DNA from: Actinomycetota bacterium
GTDB lineage: Bacteria > Actinomycetota > Actinomycetes > Nanopelagicales > Nanopelagicaceae
Direction of reading: 5' to 3'
Length of the DNA: 64,000 nt
Assembly: GCA_009704505.1 (NCBI GenBank)
Contig: WLEB01000001.1
Location: forward strand, 7,129-71,128
Below are positions 38,427 through 48,141 of the stretch, piece by piece (the first letter of the stretch is position 1; every line of letters begins with the position of its first letter). The notes under the pieces were generated by a model. The model worked only from the letters and a program-made list of their open reading frames with translations. It ran no database searches and was not told the origin of the DNA. Made by a program: the position numbers and the translations under genes.

Positions 38427-39092
38427 ATGCTTATTTGGTTGCAAAGATTTCTTCGACCCCATAGAACAGTTCCAGTTACTCCATGGACTGCTAAATCACG
38501 CTGGGATCTCTCACTGAACCGTTCGGCAATCCTGTTTTTCGGACTTTTCATTTTTGGTTTGGGTGACTCGCTGCTTATACAAAGTCAGATTGGTAACGCT
38601 CCATGGTCGGTATTGGCACAAGGTGTTTCAGAGCGGTTAGAGATAACACTTGGATGGTCAACATTCTTCATAAGCTCTTTAGTTTTACTTCTATGGATTC
38701 CTTTGCGTGAGCGACCAGGTTTTGGGACTCTCTCCAATATCGTTGTTATCGCATTTGCTATACAACTTGGTATCACGATTTTTCCAAGCACAGATCGATT
38801 CTTTATTTCTCTACTTTATTGCTTTCTCGGTATCGCTCTCGTGGGGATTGGTTCAGCTTTTTACATAACATGTGGATTGGGATCGGGACCACGAGATGGC
38901 CTGATGACAGCGTTGCATTCGCGCACGGGATTTCGCATTGGAAGGGTTCGGCTGACGATCGAAGCCTTCGTTTTAATCTTGGGATCCATTCTCGGAGGGA
39001 CGGTAGGCCTAGGCACGCTCTTGTTTGCGCTGTTCATAGGGCAAGCCATAGCCGTCTCTCTTGGTGTCGTTGCCCGGGCTACTTCCCAGTAA
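38427..39092 (+). CDS. YczE/YyaS/YitT-family membrane protein
   Basis: G..PW.VL..G, ERPG.GT..N, G.GPRDGLM, GG.VG.GT. Confidence 0.8.
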   Translation: MLIWLQRFLRPHRTVPVTPWTAKSRWDLSLNRSAILFFGLFIFGLGDSLLIQSQIGNAPWSVLAQGVSERLEITLGWSTFFISSLVLLLWIPLRERPGFGTLSNIVVIAFAIQLGITIFPSTDRFFISLLYCFLGIALVGIGSAFYITCGLGSGPRDGLMTALHSRTGFRIGRVRLTIEAFVLILGSILGGTVGLGTLLFALFIGQAIAVSLGVVARATSQ

Positions 39093-39096
39093 TCAT

Positions 39097-39181
39097 TAGG
39101 CTTAAGACCTTCCCAAGGCTGTGCGCCTAATCGCACACGGGGTCGCAAACACCCCCGATACCAAAACAGAAAGGTGAATTC
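39097..39181 (+). promoter_or_regulatory. Promoter (-10 TAGGCT) and structured 5' leader of the NCS2 permease
   Basis: Three adjacent hairpins followed by A-rich linker and SD AAAGGTGA. Confidence 0.5.
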
Positions 39182-40630
39182 ATGCTGGATTCATTCTTTA
39201 AAATAAGTGAACGCGGATCGACAGTCGGTCGAGAAGTACGTGGCGGAGTCGTCACATTCTTCACGATGGCTTACATAGTTGTACTAAATCCAATCATTCT
39301 TGGCGGCGCCACAGATGTAAACGGTGATTTCCTCGGTGGAGAAGGTGGCATGGCAAAGATTGCTGCCGCTACTGCATTAGTAGCAGGAATCATGACATTG
39401 CTGATGGGAGTTGTTGCAAATTATCCACTTGCAATTGCAACCGGACTAGGACTCAACACTTTCGTTGCCTATGCAATTGCTTCGCAGATGACATGGGCTG
39501 ATGCGATGGGACTTGTAGTACTTGAAGGTCTCATCATTCTCGTGCTTGTTTTGACGGGCTTTAGAACTGCAGTCTTCAAGGCAATTCCTTCACAACTTAA
39601 GGTAGCAATCTCAGTCGGTATTGGATTGTTTATTGCCTTGATCGGCTTTGTTGATGCAGGTTTTGTTCGCCGAACTAATGTTGGTCCAGTGCCTGTAACA
39701 CTAGGTGACGGAAAGTCACTCATTGGATGGCCAATTATTGTCTTCATCGTTGGGTTCTTCCTAATGGTTGTTCTTATGGTTAAGAAAGTTAAGGGCGCAC
39801 TCCTCATCGGAATCGCGGTCGCAACTATTCTCTCAATCATTATCGAACGAGCATTTAAGGTTGGTACTAACTACATTCCAGGTGCGTTCACCGCAGATGG
39901 TAAAGATTTTATTAATCCAAAGGGATGGGGACTTAATGTTCCTGCCATTCCTAGTGAAGTTGTTGCGACGCCAAATTTCGATCTTTTGGGTCAATTTAAC
40001 CTATTTGGTTCATTTTCAAAGATCGGCTTTATCGCAGCAGCGTTGCTCGTATTTACGCTATTGCTAGCTGATTTCTTTGACACAATGGGAACAATGACTG
40101 CAATTGGTCATGAAGCGAAGTTGATTGATAAAGATGGAAACGTGCCTAATGCAAGTCGCATTCTGCTCGTGGACTCTGTTGCAGCAGCCGCAGGTGGCGC
40201 CGCTGGAGTTTCATCCAATACTTCATACATCGAATCAGCTTCAGGTGTTGGTGAAGGCGCACGCACCGGTCTAGCCTCAGTGGTTACTGGTGTTCTCTTC
40301 CTTCTTACAACCGTCCTGTCCCCTATCGTCAACATAATTCCTTACGAGGCTGCAACACCAGCTTTGATTATCGTTGGCTTCCTCATGATGTCTCAGATCA
40401 AAAATATTGATTGGGATGACATGGGAATCGCTGTTCCAGCATTCTTGACAATTATTCTGATGCCTTTCACTTACAACATCACTGTTGGTATCGGTGCAGG
40501 TTTCATAACTCACGTCGTGATTCGCCTGGTTCAAGGTCGTGGTAAAGAGATTCATGCACTCTTGTGGCTCATCGCCGCTTTGTTCATGGTCTACTTCCTA
40601 TCTTCACCTATCAATACATGGGTGGGATAA
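39182..40630 (+). CDS. NCS2/AzgA-type purine (guanine/hypoxanthine/adenine) permease
   Basis: E..GG..TF.TMAYI..NP, A.GLGLN, DFFDTMGT, YIESASGVGEGARTG. Confidence 0.92.
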   Translation: MLDSFFKISERGSTVGREVRGGVVTFFTMAYIVVLNPIILGGATDVNGDFLGGEGGMAKIAAATALVAGIMTLLMGVVANYPLAIATGLGLNTFVAYAIASQMTWADAMGLVVLEGLIILVLVLTGFRTAVFKAIPSQLKVAISVGIGLFIALIGFVDAGFVRRTNVGPVPVTLGDGKSLIGWPIIVFIVGFFLMVVLMVKKVKGALLIGIAVATILSIIIERAFKVGTNYIPGAFTADGKDFINPKGWGLNVPAIPSEVVATPNFDLLGQFNLFGSFSKIGFIAAALLVFTLLLADFFDTMGTMTAIGHEAKLIDKDGNVPNASRILLVDSVAAAAGGAAGVSSNTSYIESASGVGEGARTGLASVVTGVLFLLTTVLSPIVNIIPYEAATPALIIVGFLMMSQIKNIDWDDMGIAVPAFLTIILMPFTYNITVGIGAGFITHVVIRLVQGRGKEIHALLWLIAALFMVYFLSSPINTWVG

Positions 40631-40652
40631 CATTTAAAAAGCAATAGAGTCA

Positions 40653-40688
40653 GTAAGGGCCCCTGGTGACAGGGGCCCTTACCTTTTT
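40653..40688 (+). terminator. Intrinsic terminator after NCS2 permease
   Basis: Perfect 13-bp stem GTAAGGGCCCCTG-GTGA-CAGGGGCCCTTAC followed by CTTTTT. Confidence 0.9.
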
Positions 40689-40750
40689 ATAGTTAGTGAA
40701 TCTTTTGGCAAAACATTAAAGTCCAAATCTGAGAGGTACTTGTATTGGAA

Positions 40751-41395
40751 TTACCAAATAACGGGTTGGATATCATTTTTTTCTAAGATGTAATTGACTT
40801 TCGAAAATGGTTTAGATCCAAAAAACCCTCGATATGCCGATAATGGGCTCGGATGGGCAGAGCAAACCAGCCACTCTTTTTCAAAAAAATGTGAAACTTC
40901 TTGCGCATAGTTTCCCCAACACACCGCTACAACATCACACTTACCGAGAACTTCAGCCACTCGATCCGTGACTTTTTCCCACTTCAAGTTTGCATGAGCC
41001 AAGGAGTTTTTTGTTTCTGTGGTTAAAATTCTATTTAGCAGTAGAACACCCTGATCTGCCCAATCAGAAAGATCAGGATTGCTCCTTAATGGTTTTGCTA
41101 GATCACTGTGAAGTTCTGCAAAGATGTTTTTAAGAGAAGCAGGAACACGGACGATATCTGAGGGCGCGGAGAAAGCTAAACCCTGAGCCACGCCCGCCGT
41201 CGGATAAGGGTCCTGTCCGAAAATAACTACTTTCACAGTCGATAGAGGAACATTGAGTGCGCGAAAAATACTGCCGAATTCTGGTGTGACAGAGCTCTTG
41301 TCAATGGTTGCCTCAATTAAGTCGATGTGTTCTTCTAAATCGCTGAGAGCCTCCTGCCAATCCAGATGTAACTGTTTAAAAAGTTGCCCGGGCAA
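40751..41395 (-). CDS. ung: Uracil-DNA glycosylase (family 1)
   Basis: VVIFGQDPY, SLKNI, QGVLLLN, HPSPLS; start uncertain (TTG 41395 or nearby). Confidence 0.92.
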   Translation of the reverse strand: MPGQLFKQLHLDWQEALSDLEEHIDLIEATIDKSSVTPEFGSIFRALNVPLSTVKVVIFGQDPYPTAGVAQGLAFSAPSDIVRVPASLKNIFAELHSDLAKPLRSNPDLSDWADQGVLLLNRILTTETKNSLAHANLKWEKVTDRVAEVLGKCDVVAVCWGNYAQEVSHFFEKEWLVCSAHPSPLSAYRGFFGSKPFSKVNYILEKNDIQPVIW

Positions 41396-42167
41396 AATAG
41401 CGACCTGATTCACTAGATACGTTGATTGGTGTTTCAAAGATCGCTGAAATGTGCTCAGAAGTAATGACTTGATCTATAGGACCAGAAACTGCAACTTTTC
41501 CTGACTTAAGAATAAGCGCGTGAGTAGTTCCAGCCGGAATCTCCTCAATGTGATGCGTAACCAGAACAGTTGCTGGGGCTAAAGGATCCGAGGAAAAACT
41601 TGTTAAACGTGCCAATAAATCTTCCCGACCACCAACATCTAATCCTGCAGCGGGCTCGTCAAGCAAAAGAAGTTCAGGATCGGTCATAAGTGCTCGCGCA
41701 ATTTGCACTCGTTTCTTCTCCCCTTCGCTTAATGTTCCATACTCTCTTGAACCTAATTCACGCACTCCGAAAGTGGTTAGAAGTGCGATCGCTCGAGATT
41801 CATCCCACAGGTCATAGCCCTCATTCCACCGACCATATATGGCATAGGCGGCAGTGAGGACAACATCTCGAACAATTTCACCGGCAGGAATCTCCTCAGA
41901 AATATTTGAACTACAGATTCCTATTCGTGTGCGAAGTTCAAAAAGATCAATTCGTCCAAACTCTCGATCGAGGACGTTTACCGTTCCAGTGGTTGGAAAT
42001 ATTTTCGTTGCAAGCATCTGAAGAAGAGTTGATTTTCCAGCCCCATTAGGTCCAAGAATCACCCAGCGCTGACCGTGTGAGATTGAAAAACTCATCGGAC
42101 CAAGAATCGTGTGATCTCCCCTAACGACAGATACATCGTGAAGTGAGAGAACGTTCTGGTTGCTCAT
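41376..42167 (-). CDS. ABC-type ATP-binding protein without neighbouring permease (Rv3041c-like)
   Basis: GPNGAGKS, LSEGE, LLLDEP, THH. Confidence 0.88.
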   Translation of the reverse strand: MSNQNVLSLHDVSVVRGDHTILGPMSFSISHGQRWVILGPNGAGKSTLLQMLATKIFPTTGTVNVLDREFGRIDLFELRTRIGICSSNISEEIPAGEIVRDVVLTAAYAIYGRWNEGYDLWDESRAIALLTTFGVRELGSREYGTLSEGEKKRVQIARALMTDPELLLLDEPAAGLDVGGREDLLARLTSFSSDPLAPATVLVTHHIEEIPAGTTHALILKSGKVAVSGPIDQVITSEHISAIFETPINVSSESGRYFARATF

Positions 42168-42254
42168 AGATGCAAAACATAGTGCTTTTGCCAGCTAAGT
42201 TACTGCAAAAACATGCATGAGAGGCAGGTCTTTCGCGATAAACTGTGCAATCTT

Positions 42255-42776
42255 ATGGATGATTTGTCACAAAACAGCCCTGTTTTTACAGGCCTAATTT
42301 TACTTACCGGCACAGATGCCCCGGGAATTGCCCAAGGTCTGTTTCGCTCACTCTCTGACTTTTCAGTAGCGATCGATGATGTGGAGCAAATTGTTATTAG
42401 TGGTCGACTTGTACTGACTGTGTTAATCACACTGAACCCCGCGCATCAAAGCGCCATCGAGGCTGACTTGGCCGAGTATGCCCAATCATCTGAGACTGAC
42501 ATTGCCACCATTTTTTCACATCAGGCATTGCTAAAAATTGATCAGAATCGCGTGGGTGTTCTTGTCGTTGCTAAAAAGTTACATCCGAAGATTTTGCTGA
42601 CCTTAACTACAGCTATCGTTGGCTTGAATGGAAATATCGAGTCGATATCTCGAACTCAGAACGACCCTACTGGAATCCTCTTTGTAGTCACCGGTGCTAC
42701 AGCCATGATCCTATCCTCAACCATTTCTAGCTTAGAATTTGAAAACGAGCTAGAAACTCGAGTGTATGAGTTATGA
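42255..42776 (+). CDS. Tandem ACT-domain protein matching the regulatory half of actinobacterial SerB
   Basis: LTG.D.PGI, DVEQIVI.GRL.L, second ACT with GNIESI.R; precedes serB. Confidence 0.75.
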   Translation: MDDLSQNSPVFTGLILLTGTDAPGIAQGLFRSLSDFSVAIDDVEQIVISGRLVLTVLITLNPAHQSAIEADLAEYAQSSETDIATIFSHQALLKIDQNRVGVLVVAKKLHPKILLTLTTAIVGLNGNIESISRTQNDPTGILFVVTGATAMILSSTISSLEFENELETRVYEL

Positions 42777-42815
42777 AAATCCTAGCCAAAGTAAAGGCAG
42801 ATTTGGTGTGTAAAA

Positions 42816-43454
42816 ATGACTAAGCCAAAAATGCTTGTTCAATTCGACATAGACTCTACTTTTATTGAACAGGAAGCAATAGAACTTCTAGCGGCAAAAG
42901 CTGGAGTTTTGGCCGAAGTAGCTCGAATAACAGAGTCAGCAATGAAGGGCGAGATCGACTTTGCTCAGAGCCTAAAATCTAGAGTCGGACTACTCAAAGG
43001 TCTACCTGTTGAGTCACTTGATGAAGTGCGAAGTGAGATTGTACTAACTGACGGTGCCGTCGAGTTAGTCGATCTACTCCATAGACTCGGACACAGCGTC
43101 TCGCTTGTTTCTGGAGGTTTTGTACAGATAATGCAGCCAATCGTTTCACAATTGTCTATTCAGTACTTTAGAGCTAATGTTTTAGAGATTCACAGTGGCG
43201 TGCTCACTGGTGGAGTAACTGGGGCAATTGTGGATAGGGCAGCAAAAGCAGATGCGCTTAAAGAATTTGCATCTCAAGCTGGTGTACTTCTTGAAAACAC
43301 TGTGGCCATCGGTGACGGAGCTAATGATTTGGACATGATGGCTATTGCCGGCTTGAGTATTGCCTTTAACGCAAAACCGATTGTTGCTGCAGCTGCTGAT
43401 CTTTCTATAAATGAAAGATCGCTGCGATCAGTAAGTTCATTACTGGGGCTCTAA
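42816..43454 (+). CDS. serB: Phosphoserine phosphatase (HAD catalytic domain only)
   Basis: FDIDST...QE.I..LA, ITE.AM.GE.DF..SL..RV, VSGGF, AIGDGANDL. Confidence 0.92.
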   Translation: MTKPKMLVQFDIDSTFIEQEAIELLAAKAGVLAEVARITESAMKGEIDFAQSLKSRVGLLKGLPVESLDEVRSEIVLTDGAVELVDLLHRLGHSVSLVSGGFVQIMQPIVSQLSIQYFRANVLEIHSGVLTGGVTGAIVDRAAKADALKEFASQAGVLLENTVAIGDGANDLDMMAIAGLSIAFNAKPIVAAAADLSINERSLRSVSSLLGL

Positions 43455-43461
43455 ACAAACT

Positions 43462-44313
43462 CTAGAGTCGGCAAGCGTGAATATCAGTTACTAAAATGCC
43501 TCTAGCTCCCAATGCCCACAATTGATCCATTACATTATTTGTTTCTTCACGCAAGACCATTGCTCTTACGGCAACCCAATCGGGCTTCTGCAGCGCAGAA
43601 ATTGTGGGTGATTCTAAACCTGGTGTGATTAAACAAGCTTGATCCAAGTGTTGCTTTTGTACGTCGTAATCTAGAAGCACGTATTTTCTTGCAGTTACGA
43701 CACCTTGTAACCTTCTGATCAGCACTTCTAATTCTGGCTTGATTTCACTTTTAGTACGTGTGATTACCACAGCTTCGCTATGCAAGATCGGTTCTCCAAA
43801 TATTTTAAGGCCTGCCTGACGCAAAGTGTTTCCTGTACTCACAACGTCTGCAACCAAGTCAGCGACTCCTAAACGCACGCTGCTCTCTACTGCACCATCT
43901 AAACGAACAATTTCCGCGTTTGTCTTTAATTCATTTAAATGCTGTTGGACTAATCCCGGATATGCCGTTGCTACACGTTTTCCTGCGATGTCAGAGATTG
44001 TCATGTTCTTGTCCATGGGACCTGCAAATCGGAAAGTTGATTTGCCAAAATCCAAAGACAAAATCTCACTAGCTTTAGCGCCAGAATCGATCAATAAATC
44101 TCTACCTGTAATTCCTGCCTCAAGCTCACCTGAACCTACATAGACAGCGATGTCACGGGGACGTAAGTAGTAAAACTCAACACCATTGCCTGGATCGGAG
44201 ATGATTAAATCTCTGTCATCAGTTCTTTGTCGATACCCAGCCTCAGTCAATGTTGCTATTGCAACTTGTGCTAAAGATCCCTTATTCGGTACGGCAACTC
44301 TTAACATCATCAT
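43462..44313 (-). CDS. hisG: ATP phosphoribosyltransferase (long form)
   Basis: AVPNKGSL, LRPRDI, GITGRD, DGAVE, DVVSTG.TL, PGLESPT. Confidence 0.95.
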   Translation of the reverse strand: MMMLRVAVPNKGSLAQVAIATLTEAGYRQRTDDRDLIISDPGNGVEFYYLRPRDIAVYVGSGELEAGITGRDLLIDSGAKASEILSLDFGKSTFRFAGPMDKNMTISDIAGKRVATAYPGLVQQHLNELKTNAEIVRLDGAVESSVRLGVADLVADVVSTGNTLRQAGLKIFGEPILHSEAVVITRTKSEIKPELEVLIRRLQGVVTARKYVLLDYDVQKQHLDQACLITPGLESPTISALQKPDWVAVRAMVLREETNNVMDQLWALGARGILVTDIHACRL

Positions 44314-44316
44314 CTC

Positions 44317-44580
44317 CTAAAGAAATTTATATACATCGTTTAAAGAAAGACCACGAGCAAGCATGAGTACTTGGAGGTGATAAAGCAGCTGACTGATCTC
44401 TTCAGAGAGTTCATCATCAGATTCATGCTCAGCAGCTAGCCATACCTCGCCGGCCTCCTCAAGAATCTTCTTACCAATCTCATGAACTCCCGACGCTACA
44501 GCTAAAACCGTTCCGGAGGTGGAATCGTTAGAGGCAACCTTTTCATTTAGTTCAATCCATAACGCATCAAAACTCTTCAT
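44317..44580 (-). CDS. hisE: Phosphoribosyl-ATP diphosphatase
   Basis: [23 protein letters not shown]. Confidence 0.93.
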   Translation of the reverse strand: MKSFDALWIELNEKVASNDSTSGTVLAVASGVHEIGKKILEEAGEVWLAAEHESDDELSEEISQLLYHLQVLMLARGLSLNDVYKFL

Positions 44581-44625
44581 ACTCTTAGTTTACTGGAGTG
44601 TATGCACGAGCCGTTGCTGATTGAA

Positions 44626-45294
44626 TCAAGATTCCAGGTAATCGTGAGCGTGTTTTCTGATCTTTTCAACCATTTCTGCAGGGTTTGGATCATTAAATAC
44701 AGCGCTTCCAACAACAAATGTATCTGCTCCAGCATCTAGAGCGTATTCAATAGTTGACATAGAGATACCGCCATCTACTTGCAACCAGATTGGGCGATCT
44801 CCAATCATTTTTTTCGTTCTTCTGACCTTTGACATCATATTTTCCATGAACTTCTGCCCCCCAAAACCCGGTTCAACCGTCATGATCAGGAACATGTCTA
44901 TGTCATTTAGAAACTCTTCGTAGGCCTCTATTTGAGTACCAGGCTTTATTCCTAAACTGGATCTGGCTCCAGCAGATCGAATTTCACGTAGCGTCTGAGC
45001 AATGTTCCTTGTTGCTTCAGCATGGATGGTGACCGAGGCACATCCTAGATGCGCATATTCGACAGCAATCTGATCAACATCTGCCACCATGAGATGCGCG
45101 TCAACGGGTAGAACAGATTGAGCGATTACCTCCGATGCCGCTTGGAAATCAAATGTGAAGTTTGGGACAAATATATTGTCCATAACATCAAGATGAAGAA
45201 GATCCGCTACTTTACTGATTTTTTCAATCTCAGCTCCTAACTGAGAGAAATCAGCATTCAAAATACTTGGAGTAATTCGAATCTCAGTGGACAT
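44626..45294 (-). CDS. rpe: Ribulose-phosphate 3-epimerase
   Basis: PSILNADF, HLDVMD, MTVEPGFGGQ, QVDGG. Confidence 0.95.
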   Translation of the reverse strand: MSTEIRITPSILNADFSQLGAEIEKISKVADLLHLDVMDNIFVPNFTFDFQAASEVIAQSVLPVDAHLMVADVDQIAVEYAHLGCASVTIHAEATRNIAQTLREIRSAGARSSLGIKPGTQIEAYEEFLNDIDMFLIMTVEPGFGGQKFMENMMSKVRRTKKMIGDRPIWLQVDGGISMSTIEYALDAGADTFVVGSAVFNDPNPAEMVEKIRKHAHDYLES

Positions 45295-45309
45295 GAGACA
45301 ACTTTATCG

Positions 45310-46659
45310 CTAGCGATGCCTAAAAAGAGCGAGATACATAGCATCAGTGCCGTGTTTGTGAGTCCATAGAGATAGGGCCCCTGCCCGTTCGGCATTTTCT
45401 AATCCCTTAGGAAGATACGGGCTAACGGAAATTTGTTCAATTTCTGGATGTGTTCGTAAAAGATCAGCAACTTGTACGGATGTCTCTGCCAAATGTGGGG
45501 AGCACGTTGCATAGCCGAGAACTCCACCCTGATTCAACGCTGAAATACCAGATGAAATTAATTCACGCTGTAATTGAGTTAACGCTCTCAAATCTTTGAG
45601 ATTGCGCCGCCACCTAACTTCGGGGCGACGTCGAAGCGCGCCCAAACCTGTGCAAGGTGCATCAATTAATATCGCATCATACCTACTCTCCCCTTTTCCA
45701 ATTTCGCGACCATCACCAACTAACACCTGATCACCGTGGACAACTTGACGCACCAATTCCGCGCGGGAGTTGGAGATTTCATTGGCAGTAAATGTAATGG
45801 AGCGACCTCTAGCAATACTCGAGAGCAGAGCTGCCTTACCGCCCGGACCTGCGCACATATCTAACCAACTAGATCCTTGTGCGGCTTGGCTGAAAATTTC
45901 AGCCACCAACTGAGATCCTTCGTCCTGAACGCCTGCCTTTCTTGATTTAATTAAATCAAGAGCTCCTGGATTGCCTTTCCAATGTGCGCCGTAGGGTGAA
46001 TATTGCGTTGGAAGTGCACCAAGTTCTATGAGATCTTCAACGGTTGAAAAGCCCGGCCAAGAAACAAGAGTTGGAATCGCCGGCTCATTGTTGATCTTTA
46101 GGGCGGCCTCGACTTCATCCCAATTTTTGAGGAGATCAAAATACGAGGAAACGATCCACTCGGGATGTGAATAAAGAATGGAAAGGCGCTTTATCGGATC
46201 CGTTATCAAAAGAACAGACTCAAACCAATCCTCCTTGGTTTTGCGAACAACCGACCGCAAAATTGCATTCACATAACTCGCTTTAGATTCACCTAATCTT
46301 TTTCTAGCAACCTCTACTGTGGAAGATACGGCAGCATGATCGGGAATTCGTAATTCATGGATTTGGTGAATTCCTAAGCGCGCAACATCAATGATTCCGG
46401 GGTCAATCTCCGAAAATGGTCTATCGCTAAGCTGATCAAGGACCCAATCGTGTTTGCCTTGCATTCGTATAGTCCCATAAACCAGTTCTGTAACTAGGCC
46501 TCTATCGCGATCGTCTAACGAACTAGCGTTGAGTGCCTGAGGGACAAGCAAGTTTGAATAGCCCATATTTTGATTCACTTCAGTAATGAGATCAAAAGCA
46601 AGCAATCTAGATGCTTCAGGCTTTGGTGATTTAAACTGCTTTCTTCGGGGTTCAACCAA
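45310..46659 (-). CDS. rsmB: 16S rRNA m5C methyltransferase RsmB/Sun
   Basis: NusB-like N-domain, QDEGSQ, DMCAGPGGK, DAPCTGLG, YATCS; start approximate. Confidence 0.88.
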   Translation of the reverse strand: MVEPRRKQFKSPKPEASRLLAFDLITEVNQNMGYSNLLVPQALNASSLDDRDRGLVTELVYGTIRMQGKHDWVLDQLSDRPFSEIDPGIIDVARLGIHQIHELRIPDHAAVSSTVEVARKRLGESKASYVNAILRSVVRKTKEDWFESVLLITDPIKRLSILYSHPEWIVSSYFDLLKNWDEVEAALKINNEPAIPTLVSWPGFSTVEDLIELGALPTQYSPYGAHWKGNPGALDLIKSRKAGVQDEGSQLVAEIFSQAAQGSSWLDMCAGPGGKAALLSSIARGRSITFTANEISNSRAELVRQVVHGDQVLVGDGREIGKGESRYDAILIDAPCTGLGALRRRPEVRWRRNLKDLRALTQLQRELISSGISALNQGGVLGYATCSPHLAETSVQVADLLRTHPEIEQISVSPYLPKGLENAERAGALSLWTHKHGTDAMYLALFRHR

Positions 46660-47560
46660 AACAAACACCATCGGCTAATCGCGCGCCTCGTGTCCATTCG
46701 ATTGCTGACATTTCTCGCTTTCCTGCCGGTCTCACTTCCAGAACTTCTATACAGCTGCCATCACCGCATGAGACAAATACTTTGTGATTCTCTACGACGA
46801 TAGAACCAGGTGATCCCCCTCTATCGCCTGAAACTTGCGCTCGAGAGATCTTGAAAGATTCATCATTAAATGTCGTCCATGCTCCCGGTTCGTAAGTAAA
46901 GGCTTTGATCCTCTGAACCACTTTTTTCGCGGGTACAGAAAAATCTATCTTGGCCTCTGATTTTGTAATTTTAGGAGCGATAGATCCGGCTCCGGACTGC
47001 GGCGTTGGACTGACTTCTTGTTCAATTAATGTCATTGTCTTTGCAATAGATTGAACCCCTAACGCGGCCAAGGCATGTAATAATTCGAATGATCTCCATG
47101 AAGTGTCAATCGTAATTTTATCCTGCGAAAAAATGGGACCGGTATCCATACCTTTGTCGAGCTTAAAAACGGTAACACCGGTTTCGGTTTCACCGTTTTC
47201 GAGTGCACGTTGAGCTGGTGCTGCGCCACGATAGCGAGGCAACAAGGAAAAATGAAGATTCACAAAACCATATCTGGGCACGTTTAAAATAGATTCGGGA
47301 AGAATTACCCCGTAACCAATTGTGATGACAAGATCCAACCCTCGAACTATTGGCAACATCTCTGAAGATGATCCCGGCTTAACTACTGTGATCCCTTTTT
47401 CCTGAGCCCACAATGACACTGAACTCTCTTTGTCTTTAAGACCTCGACCTGAAGGGCGATCCGGCTGAGTAATGATGCAAACCAGTTCATGCTCGGACTC
47501 AATCAACCACTCTAAAGTCGGAATAGCGACATCAGGAGTTGCAGCAACAGCTACACGCAC
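46652..47560 (-). CDS. fmt: Methionyl-tRNA formyltransferase
   Basis: TQPDRP.GRG, NLHFSLLPRYRGAAP, GMDTG. Confidence 0.95.
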   Translation of the reverse strand: MRVAVAATPDVAIPTLEWLIESEHELVCIITQPDRPSGRGLKDKESSVSLWAQEKGITVVKPGSSSEMLPIVRGLDLVITIGYGVILPESILNVPRYGFVNLHFSLLPRYRGAAPAQRALENGETETGVTVFKLDKGMDTGPIFSQDKITIDTSWRSFELLHALAALGVQSIAKTMTLIEQEVSPTPQSGAGSIAPKITKSEAKIDFSVPAKKVVQRIKAFTYEPGAWTTFNDESFKISRAQVSGDRGGSPGSIVVENHKVFVSCGDGSCIEVLEVRPAGKREMSAIEWTRGARLADGVCFG

Positions 47561-48121
47561 TTAAATATTCCGGCCAAACATTGAGTGAGGAGATTCTTTT
47601 ACCTGTATATCTACTCCGGACTGACTAGCCTGTGCAAACCAATCAGATTCCCGAATCTCTTTCATCGCCAGTTTACGGTTTGACTTTGAAAGCTTATCGA
47701 TAAAGAGGATCCCATTGAGATGATCATTTTCGTGTTGCAACGCACGAGCGAGAAATTCAGTTCCCTCTATCGTTATTGGTTCGCCGTGCATATTGAAACC
47801 CTTAGCAACAACGCGCATAGCCCTCGGAGTGTCATAACGAATCTCCGGGAAAGAAAGGCAGCCTTCTTCCCCATCTTGCATCTCATCACTTAAATCTAAC
47901 GTTGGATTAATCAAATGACCCAACGCTTCATCTACGTCCCAAACAAAGACTCTTAATGGAACTCCAATCTGAGGAGCGGCTAATCCGGCCCCAGGTGCTT
48001 CCAGCATTGTTTCCGTTAAATCCGCTACAAGAGTGCGCAACTCCTTATCGAATGTGGTGACATTTGATGCAGGTGTAGTTAGCACGGGGTCACCAAATAA
48101 CCGAATCTGTTGGATCGACAT
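47561..48121 (-). CDS. def: Peptide deformylase
   Basis: GAGLAAPQIG, EGCLS, QHENDHLNG. Confidence 0.96.
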   Translation of the reverse strand: MSIQQIRLFGDPVLTTPASNVTTFDKELRTLVADLTETMLEAPGAGLAAPQIGVPLRVFVWDVDEALGHLINPTLDLSDEMQDGEEGCLSFPEIRYDTPRAMRVVAKGFNMHGEPITIEGTEFLARALQHENDHLNGILFIDKLSKSNRKLAMKEIRESDWFAQASQSGVDIQVKESPHSMFGRNI

Positions 48122-48141
48122 ATGCCAATACTACCAACCGA

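Noticed and set aside
35184-40688. Genomic island integrated at tRNA-Leu
   Set aside because: No integrase, I saw no duplicated tRNA 3' end, and the genes are metabolic.
42774-42815. Single nonsense mutation or readthrough joining ACT and serB
   Set aside because: Several in-frame stops (TGA, TAG, TAA) lie in the gap.
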